This document shows, in pieces, positions 52,678 through 59,342 of a stretch of 64,000 nucleotides of DNA. The stretch's first letter is position 1. Every line of letters starts with the position of its first letter. A program made the translations under genes and the position numbers. The stretch is from Candidatus Kaiserbacteria bacterium (GTDB lineage: Bacteria > Patescibacteriota > Minisyncoccia > Phycocordibacterales > Phycocordibacteraceae), in NCBI GenBank assembly GCA_963813065.1, contig CAWEXP010000010.1, forward strand, positions 96,250 through 160,249, given 5' to 3'. The notes beneath the pieces were generated by a model. The model was not told the origin of the DNA. It saw nothing but the letters and a program-made list of their open reading frames with translations, and searched no databases.

Positions 52678-53646
52678 GTGGACTATTCTCCTGAATTCAA
52701 AATCAATCATCAGACCGCGTACCTCGCGGAGGAATACGAGCGCCTCGCGCGCGAGCTCCTCGGCGTGCATGCGGCCGCCGGCGAGGACCCGGAGCTGATG
52801 CAGATGGCCGACGAAGATGCCGCGCGCATCAGCAATCGACAGAAAGAAATTCTCGTCGACATCGAGCGCATTATGAATAAAGAAAAAGAAGAAGCCGCGA
52901 AGCCGCTCGCGGTCGTGCTCGAACTCCGTGCGGCCGCCGGTGGCGATGAAGCAAGTATTTTTGCACGTGAGCTCAAGGAGATGTACGAGAAATATGCAGC
53001 GACCAAAGGCTGGAAGGTGCGCACCATCGACGACTTAACCCTCGAGATCGCGGGCACCGACGCCTACGACGCGCTCCGCTACGAGACCGGCGTGCATCGC
53101 GTCCAGAGAGTGCCCGCGACCGAGAAGAATGGGCGCATCCACACCAGCACCGCATCGGTTGCGGCGCTCCCTATCCGCACCAAGCCGCTTTTCGAAATAA
53201 ATCCCGCCGACATCGAGATGGAATTCTCGCGCTCGGGTGGGGCAGGGGGCCAGAACGTGAACAAGGTCGAGACCGCGGTGCGCCTCATCCACAAGCCAAC
53301 GGGTGTCGACGTGCGCTCTTCGAGCGAGCGATCGCAAAAGGCAAACCGAGAGAAGGCCCTGCAGATTCTCGCCGCCAAACTCGAGCAAGCATACGAAGAG
53401 GAGGTGGCACAGAAGAACGCCGCCGAACGCAAGGCGCAGATCGGCACCGGCGACCGCTCGGAAAAGATTCGCACCTACAACTTCCTCCAGGATCGTGTCA
53501 CCGACCACCGGCTTAAAGAGTCCTGGCACAACCTACCCGCGATCATGGCGGGCGGCATCGGCGGTATTGTGTCTGCCTTGCAAACTGCGGCGGAGTCGGG
53601 TACAGTAGCCGGAAATGACGGAGATGAGTCAGACCAAGGAGATTGA
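52678..53646 (+). CDS. prfA: Peptide chain release factor 1
   Basis: [12 protein letters not shown] (PxT), [21 protein letters not shown]; GTG start inferred. Confidence 0.95.
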   Translation: MDYSPEFKINHQTAYLAEEYERLARELLGVHAAAGEDPELMQMADEDAARISNRQKEILVDIERIMNKEKEEAAKPLAVVLELRAAAGGDEASIFARELKEMYEKYAATKGWKVRTIDDLTLEIAGTDAYDALRYETGVHRVQRVPATEKNGRIHTSTASVAALPIRTKPLFEINPADIEMEFSRSGGAGGQNVNKVETAVRLIHKPTGVDVRSSSERSQKANREKALQILAAKLEQAYEEEVAQKNAAERKAQIGTGDRSEKIRTYNFLQDRVTDHRLKESWHNLPAIMAGGIGGIVSALQTAAESGTVAGNDGDESDQGD

Positions 53647-54313
53647 GCGCCTGTACAACGCAGGCGCGCATTTTGCGCAGGTGCGGAGCCGCCGCCACCC
53701 CTCGATGAAGCCCTTCCTCGTGGGCGCTTCCGGCCGCACCGAGATAATCGACCTCGCCAAGACCGAGAGCCAGATTGAGGCGGCCAAGGCCGTCCTCGCG
53801 GCCATGGCCAAAGAGGGCAAGACCGTCCTCTTCGTCGGTGGTAAGGCCGAAATTGCCGGACTCGTGAAGTCCGCGGCCGTGAAGGCTGGCGCGCCCTATG
53901 TCGCGACGCGTTGGCTCGGCGGTACCATCAGCAATTGGGTCGAGATCAAGAAGCGCATCGACCGCCTCGCTGACCTCGCTGAGCGCCGCGCCGCGGGTAC
54001 CCTCGCCAAGCAACACACCAAGCTCGAAGTCGTGCTCCTCGACCGCGAAGAGAAGCGCCTCGCCGAGCGTCTCGATGGCATCACCGCGCTCGCGAAACGT
54101 CCGGACATGCTCCTCGTCGTCGACCCGAAGCACGAGAAGCATGCAATCAAAGAGGCCAAGGACGCCGGCATTCCGGTGGTCGCGCTGATGAGCTCTGACT
54201 GCAATCTCGCCGACGCGACGTATCCGATTATCGTGAACGACGCCTCGCGCTCCACCATCGAGCTCGTGCTCGGCGAGCTGGTCGAGGCGTTCGAGAAGGG
54301 ACGGGCGGCATAA
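53615..54313 (+). CDS. rpsB: 30S ribosomal protein uS2
   Basis: [35 protein letters not shown]; start may be 53624. Confidence 0.95.
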   Translation: MTEMSQTKEIERLYNAGAHFAQVRSRRHPSMKPFLVGASGRTEIIDLAKTESQIEAAKAVLAAMAKEGKTVLFVGGKAEIAGLVKSAAVKAGAPYVATRWLGGTISNWVEIKKRIDRLADLAERRAAGTLAKQHTKLEVVLLDREEKRLAERLDGITALAKRPDMLLVVDPKHEKHAIKEAKDAGIPVVALMSSDCNLADATYPIIVNDASRSTIELVLGELVEAFEKGRAA

Positions 54314-54322
54314 CCGCGCCTC

Positions 54323-54418
54323 GCGGCATCCATAATTTTGGGTACGCGATTTTCTTGCTAGAAAATCGCTCAGTCCTCACGCCGTCGCGTTGCGGAGCCC
54401 CAAAATTACGGACGCCGC
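54323..54418. repeat. 96-bp element with 20-bp terminal inverted repeats and an internal hairpin
   Basis: gcggcatccataattttggg / cccaaaattacggacgccgc (18/20); inner gcgattttct-tgct-agaaaatcgc. Confidence 0.75.
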
Positions 54419-54451
54419 CCGGCACTATCACATGATATAATTTTCACACTT

Positions 54452-55033
54452 ATGGAAATCACCACCGACATCATTAAACAGCTCCGCGACAAGACCGGCC
54501 TCTCGGTCATGCAGTGCAAGAAGGCAATCGAGGAGGCGAAAGGCGATCTCGCCCAGGCCGAAGTCATTTTGAAAAAGCGTTCGGCAGAGGCCGCAGAGAA
54601 GAAGGCGGAGCGCACGCTCGGCGCAGGCGTGATTGGTGTGTATGTCCACGAAGGCGCCATTGGTGCGATGGCGCACCTCTCCTCGGAGAGCGATTTCGTT
54701 GCGAAAAATCCTGAATTTGTCGCCCTCGCGCGCGAGATTGCGATGCAGGTTGCGGCCACCGACCCGAAGTATGTTTCCGTTGCCGCGATTCCCGCAGAGG
54801 TGAAGAACGCGGCGACCGCCGTCTTCGAGAAAGAGATCGCAGGTAAGCCCGCCGAGATGCAGGCCAAGATTCTCGACGGCAAACTCGCATCCTATTTCCG
54901 CGAGCAAGTCCTGCTTGAACAGCCATACATCAAGGATGAGAGCAAGACCGTTCATGATCTCTTGAACGAAGCCACACAGAAATTCGGCGAGCGCGTTGAG
55001 GTGACGCAATTCGCGCGCCTCTCGGTGCGCTAG
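54452..55033 (+). CDS. tsf: Elongation factor Ts (short form)
   Basis: IKQLRDKTGLSVMQCKKA, ESDFVA, EIAMQVAA, LLEQPYIKD. Confidence 0.96.
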   Translation: MEITTDIIKQLRDKTGLSVMQCKKAIEEAKGDLAQAEVILKKRSAEAAEKKAERTLGAGVIGVYVHEGAIGAMAHLSSESDFVAKNPEFVALAREIAMQVAATDPKYVSVAAIPAEVKNAATAVFEKEIAGKPAEMQAKILDGKLASYFREQVLLEQPYIKDESKTVHDLLNEATQKFGERVEVTQFARLSVR

Positions 55034-55037
55034 TGCA

Positions 55038-55457
55038 ATGGCGTATCTTATTTTTCTTCTTTTCACCATCGCGCTCCTCGGCGGTTTCCTTGCAGTGACC
55101 GCCCTCGAGACGCGACGCGGGGTGCGTGTCTTTCCCCAGCAACGCGCACGTCTCGATCGTGAGGCAGAGCGTGCCGCGTTCATCATTGCGCATGTCGATT
55201 TCGCGAGTTACCTGCGTGAAGAATCGCGTCGCCTCATCGAGCGCATGAGCCACGACCTCGTGCACCTCTCGCTCCAGACCGTGCGCGCGGCTGAGCGTAT
55301 CTTGACACGTCTCGTGCGTCGCCTCCGGACACGCGAGGGGAGCACGCTCGACGCGCCGCGCGAGAGTGCACGCGAGTTCGTGAAGACCTTGGCCGACTTC
55401 AAGGGTCATCTCGAGGCGACACGTCCCGAGATCCCTGATATCAACGAGGTACAATAA
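55038..55457 (+). CDS. Hypothetical membrane-anchored protein
   Basis: N-terminal TM, codon usage like neighbours, co-oriented with tsf. Confidence 0.7.
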   Translation: MAYLIFLLFTIALLGGFLAVTALETRRGVRVFPQQRARLDREAERAAFIIAHVDFASYLREESRRLIERMSHDLVHLSLQTVRAAERILTRLVRRLRTREGSTLDAPRESAREFVKTLADFKGHLEATRPEIPDINEVQ

Positions 55458-55463
55458 AAACAC

Positions 55464-55538
55464 GCCGCCCTAGCTCAGTTGGTAGAGCGCCACTTTTGTA
55501 AAGTGGATGTCCCAGTTCGAATCTGGGGGGCGGCTCCA
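55464..55538 (+). tRNA. tRNA-Thr(UGU)
   Basis: Acceptor gccgccc/gggcggc, D-arm agctcagttggtagagc, anticodon arm ccact-tttgtaa-agtgg, T-loop ttcgaat, encoded CCA. Confidence 0.96.
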
Positions 55539-55547
55539 AAATCCACT

Positions 55548-55576
55548 CGTGGCGGTGAAACCGCCACACCGTCAGA
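55548..55576. repeat. Palindrome family D, upstream copy
   Basis: cgtggcggtgaaaccgccacaccgtcaga, 29 bp identical to 55780-55808. Confidence 0.92.
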
Positions 55577-55602
55577 AAGCTCAGTGCTAAACTATTTTCG
55601 AT

Positions 55603-56280
55603 ATGAGTACGAGGAAGACCCCATTTGCAATTGGTGAGTTCTATCACATCTTCAATCGGGGAGTCGACAAGCGAATAATTTTTACCGATACACACGACAC
55701 AGACAGATTCTTCAAAAGTTTGGTCGAATTCAACGCCACCGATCCGATAGGAAGTCTTTATGAAAACTCTCGTTACCAACGTGGCGGTGAAACCGCCACA
55801 CCGTCAGAGAAACTAGTTAACATAATTGCCTACTGTCTCAATCCGAATCACTATCATCTTATTTTGGAACAGTTAGTTGATGGCGGTATTAGTGAATTTC
55901 TGAAAAGGATTGGCGGATACACTTGGTATTTCAATAACAAATATAAAAGAAACGGCTCCCTGTTTCAGGGCGTATTTAAATCAGTCCACATAGACTCAAA
56001 TGAGTATCTGCTTCACGTCAGCGCGTACGTAAACCTGAATGGTCATGTACACAAACTTGATAGCACGAATACCCAGCTAGTTTCGAGCAGATCAAGCTGG
56101 GGAGAATATACCGAAAAAGGAGCGAGAGGAATTTGTGAAAAAGAGATTGTTCTTGGGCAATTTGGAAATAACGATGAGTACAAAGAGTTCGCGCTCTCGT
56201 CCTTGGAAGCAATCATCCAAAGAAAAGAGGAACTGAAGGATTTCGATACTTTCTTGCTCGAAGAGCCCGAATGGCGGTGA
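55603..56280 (+). CDS. HUH Y1 transposase, RAYT-like (locus D)
   Basis: YHIFNRGVDKR, AYCLNPNHYHLI, LFQGVFK, YVNLN. Confidence 0.92.
   Translation: MSTRKTPFAIGEFYHIFNRGVDKRIIFTDTHDTDRFFKSLVEFNATDPIGSLYENSRYQRGGETATPSEKLVNIIAYCLNPNHYHLILEQLVDGGISEFLKRIGGYTWYFNNKYKRNGSLFQGVFKSVHIDSNEYLLHVSAYVNLNGHVHKLDSTNTQLVSSRSSWGEYTEKGARGICEKEIVLGQFGNNDEYKEFALSSLEAIIQRKEELKDFDTFLLEEPEWR
55780..55808. repeat. Palindrome family D, intragenic copy (encodes RGGETATPS)
   Basis: cgtggcggtgaaaccgccacaccgtcaga. Confidence 0.92.
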
Positions 56281-56289
56281 AACCGCCAC
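56272..56289. repeat. Palindrome family D, terminal copy containing the TGA stop
   Basis: tggcggtgaaaccgccac. Confidence 0.92.
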
Positions 56290-56296
56290 GATTAAT

Positions 56297-56324
56297 AAAA
56301 AAGCGGCGGGAAGATTCCCGCCGC
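56297..56324 (-). terminator. Intrinsic terminator
   Basis: aaaaaa-gcggcgggaa-ga-ttcccgccgc. Confidence 0.7.
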
Positions 56325-56328
56325 CTGA

Positions 56329-56514
56329 TCATTGTTTCGATTTTTTGATGGCTTCGACGATGCTATCCGTCGCAGCCGCAACAGCAAGCACGATGCATAT
56401 CATACCCACTAAAATCAGGACGCCTAGAGAGCCGATGGTCGATATGTTTGGGCCAACGACGACTCCTACCACTACCAGCGGGAGCAGGCTAAACAAAACG
56501 CGCAAATACGTCAT
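56329..56514 (-). CDS. Small two-TM membrane protein
   Basis: Hydrophobic 61 aa ORF with upstream TTGACA-16-TATACT, GAGG RBS and downstream terminator. Confidence 0.65.
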   Translation of the reverse strand: MTYLRVLFSLLPLVVVGVVVGPNISTIGSLGVLILVGMICIVLAVAAATDSIVEAIKKSKQ

Positions 56515-56598
56515 GAGGGAACCTCTTCATTCAACTTACGACACCGCGTGTATCGCAAGGCCTTCTATAGTATATACAAACCTACAGAACTGTCAAGT

Positions 56599-57267
56599 TT
56601 ATTTCGTCGGCGTGCTCGTGGAGAGTGCGCCTTTCGGGAATTCTTTTTCGAGATCGGCGAGAGTAGTGAAGCCGCTATAGGATTTCCCGTTGATGATGAA
56701 CGAGGGAAGCCCGGAACCATTCACCTTCGAGATAGTGAGCAGTGTTTTCAATGCGCTCAGGTCGAGATGGTAGTCAAACGAGTAGACGCGCAGGTTGGGA
56801 TACGTCGTGCGCAAATAAGAAAGCGCGTAGCCGGCCTTATTGCAATCACTGCAGTCGCCCGCGTTACTGTAGAAATAGAGCACGGTCACCGGGTGCGTAC
56901 CGCAGGCGGCGGCGAGCTGTTTCGTCACGAGATAGTCGCGAATCTCGAGGAGTGAATACTGTTGCTTCAGTCGCACCACTTGCTGATTCGTCGCGCCGAG
57001 CTGACTCTCAGCATAGGAGAGGCGGTCACCGAGATCCGTGAGCTCGCCGGTCAGGTCGGTCGACGAGGCGGTGCTGTCGCAAGGCGCCGCCTCGAGGAGC
57101 GAGAACTGAGTGTCGAGCGAGAGGGTATCGATCGAGAGTTGGTCCTCGATGGCGCTCAGGTCGGCGACGCGCTGACTGTTGAGATAATCGATGGCGTACG
57201 CAATCGTGCCCACGAGGACAAGAGTGATACCAAGTGCGATGAGCGCATTGCGCAGGACGAGAGACAT
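56599..57267 (-). CDS. Membrane-anchored protein with thioredoxin-like CxxC domain
   Basis: N-terminal TM; VLYFYS..DCSDC; LPSFIING. Confidence 0.75.
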   Translation of the reverse strand: MSLVLRNALIALGITLVLVGTIAYAIDYLNSQRVADLSAIEDQLSIDTLSLDTQFSLLEAAPCDSTASSTDLTGELTDLGDRLSYAESQLGATNQQVVRLKQQYSLLEIRDYLVTKQLAAACGTHPVTVLYFYSNAGDCSDCNKAGYALSYLRTTYPNLRVYSFDYHLDLSALKTLLTISKVNGSGLPSFIINGKSYSGFTTLADLEKEFPKGALSTSTPTK

Positions 57268-57276
57268 GGCTCCAAC

Positions 57277-58524
57277 TTAACGCCAAAGGCGCCGCTTGCC
57301 AAGGGCGACATCAACCGAGGCGCGAACGAGCCACAGAGGCGCGATAAGCCCATAGAGCAGGACATACGAAAATATCCCGAGACCTAAGGAACCGGGCGTA
57401 TTCGAAATTTTCTTGCCGATGGCAATCATGGTGATTGCGCCGATGACGGTAATGGCCGCGAGCAGGGTATAGAGGCTGGCGGGGAAGTAGAACCAATCGA
57501 TTCCTCTGTGCGGGAGGAGCGAGTATGAAAGGGGGACGCCCACGCGGATTTCGATGGCGGTGATGAGATGACGAGCGAATTCGAAGAGGGCGAGACCGAA
57601 GAGGAGAATACTGCTCCCGATGGTCAGGATGCCGACGGGGAGCGTGATGAGGCCGAGCGCGCCATACTGGGAACTGCCAATCATATCGCGATATTCGTTA
57701 AACACGTTGCGCATGAAGCCGCTGGTCCAGCGCGTGCGTTGCTTCACGAGCGCGAGGACGTTGGTCGGCGCTTTGGTGTAGACGCGGGCGCGTTGTGCGT
57801 TCGCGATCTGGTAGCCGCCCTTCTGGAGGCGGAGCGCCATCTCGAGATCCTCGGTCTGGTGGCCATGCTTAAAGCCGCCGAGCGCGACCACCGCTGAGCG
57901 TCGATAGATGGAGAATGGTCCCGGTGTCACGTGAATGCCGCCCACCACGGAGAGCGCGTTCTGACGGATGATGCCGAAAATGTATTCGGCGTTCTGCATA
58001 TGCTGGAGTAAGTTTTGCGGGCGATAGACCGACATCGCCGCAGTTGTCGCGCCGATGTGTGGATCCGCGAAGTGCGGCGTCATCTCGCGCAAGCTCCCAG
58101 GCTCGACGAATGAGTCCGCGTCGAGGCAACCGATGAGTTCTGCGTTGGTGAGTGCGATGCCCGCATTGACCGCGTAATGCTTGCCGCGCTTTTCTTCGCG
58201 CAAGATGCGTATCTGCGGATTCCCGCGATAGCGCTCCATCACCTGCGGCGTATCGTCGGTCGAAGAATTGTCGACCAAAATAATTTCGAGACGGTCCTTG
58301 GGATAATCGAGCGCGAGGAGTGAGTCGGCCGTCGCCGCGACGGTCTCGCCCTCGTTCCAGCAGGGGACGATAATCGCGACGGTGGGGAGCAGGTCAGAAT
58401 TGCCCGTGGCTGGTGCCATCTTGCGCGACGTGCGTGCGGGCTTGGAGAGGAAGGTTACGAGGATAAACGACTCTATGAAGAGCGCGAGAATGAGGAAGGG
58501 GTAGGCGATCAGCTCTGGGCCCAT
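57277..58524 (-). CDS. Processive GT2 glycosyltransferase (PgaC/IcaA/cellulose-synthase-like)
   Basis: IVPCWNE, LDADS, TED, QRTRW motifs plus TM helices. Confidence 0.92.
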   Translation of the reverse strand: MGPELIAYPFLILALFIESFILVTFLSKPARTSRKMAPATGNSDLLPTVAIIVPCWNEGETVAATADSLLALDYPKDRLEIILVDNSSTDDTPQVMERYRGNPQIRILREEKRGKHYAVNAGIALTNAELIGCLDADSFVEPGSLREMTPHFADPHIGATTAAMSVYRPQNLLQHMQNAEYIFGIIRQNALSVVGGIHVTPGPFSIYRRSAVVALGGFKHGHQTEDLEMALRLQKGGYQIANAQRARVYTKAPTNVLALVKQRTRWTSGFMRNVFNEYRDMIGSSQYGALGLITLPVGILTIGSSILLFGLALFEFARHLITAIEIRVGVPLSYSLLPHRGIDWFYFPASLYTLLAAITVIGAITMIAIGKKISNTPGSLGLGIFSYVLLYGLIAPLWLVRASVDVALGKRRLWR

Positions 58525-58562
58525 GGTGGCGCTACTATACCACAATCTGGTATATTTGCTGG

Positions 58563-59342
58563 ATGAATCCCGGCCGCCTCCACCCGATCACGATTGCTAT
58601 TCGTGATATCGCGGATATCTTCGGCCGGATGGGATTCGACATTGGGTACGGGCCGGAGCTCGAAGACGAGTTCCATAACTTCGACGGACTCCGCATGTTT
58701 CCTGATCACCCTGCGCGCGACATGCAGGACACCTTCTGGCTAAAACCCGCCCTGGGCGGGTTCGCCCGACCCGACTCGTCTGACGAGTCGGGTTTAGGGG
58801 CAAGGATACCGAGAGTGCTGCGCACGCACACGACCTCGGTCACCATTCGCGAGCTCGAGCAGATGGCGAAAGAGGGCACGATCTCAGCACGAATGATTAA
58901 TCCGGGGAAAGTGTTCCGTAACGAAGCTACGGACCAATTCCACGAAGCGCAGTTCTATCAGCTCGACGGTTTTGCGGTTGGGCCAATCGGTTCGGTTACG
59001 CTCGCTGATTTGAAGGGCACCTTCGACCGTTTCTATCGCGAATATCTCGGCCCCGAGGCGAAGGTGCGTTTCCGCCCCAGCTATTTCCCCTTCGTGGAGC
59101 CGGGCGTCGAGATCGATGTGTGGTTTGCGCCCGCGCAGAAGTGGCTCGAGATGGCGGGTGCGGGCATGCTTCATCCCGACGTGCTCCGTAACGCCGGACT
59201 CGATCCGCAAAAGGTCGCGGGCTTCGCCTTCGGCGGCGGACTTGAACGTTTGCTGATGGTGAAGTACGGCATCCCTGATGTGCGACTCTTCCACTCGGGC
59301 GACATTCGTTTCGTTTACGGTTTCCCCGAAAAGAAAATATGA
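58563..59342 (+). CDS. pheS: Phenylalanine-tRNA ligase alpha subunit (no N-terminal coiled coil)
   Basis: GRLHP, HPARDMQDTF, LRTHT, FRPSYFPFVEP, GFAFGGGLER. Confidence 0.96.
   Translation: MNPGRLHPITIAIRDIADIFGRMGFDIGYGPELEDEFHNFDGLRMFPDHPARDMQDTFWLKPALGGFARPDSSDESGLGARIPRVLRTHTTSVTIRELEQMAKEGTISARMINPGKVFRNEATDQFHEAQFYQLDGFAVGPIGSVTLADLKGTFDRFYREYLGPEAKVRFRPSYFPFVEPGVEIDVWFAPAQKWLEMAGAGMLHPDVLRNAGLDPQKVAGFAFGGGLERLLMVKYGIPDVRLFHSGDIRFVYGFPEKKI
58740..58797. repeat. Double-hairpin insertion inside pheS
   Basis: aacccgccc-t-gggcgggtt and acccgactcgtc-t-gacgagtcgggt. Confidence 0.8.

Noticed and set aside
53615-53646. prfA/rpsB overlap as a regulatory device
   Set aside because: Short overlap of a low-complexity tail; the start may be 53624 or an indel may extend prfA
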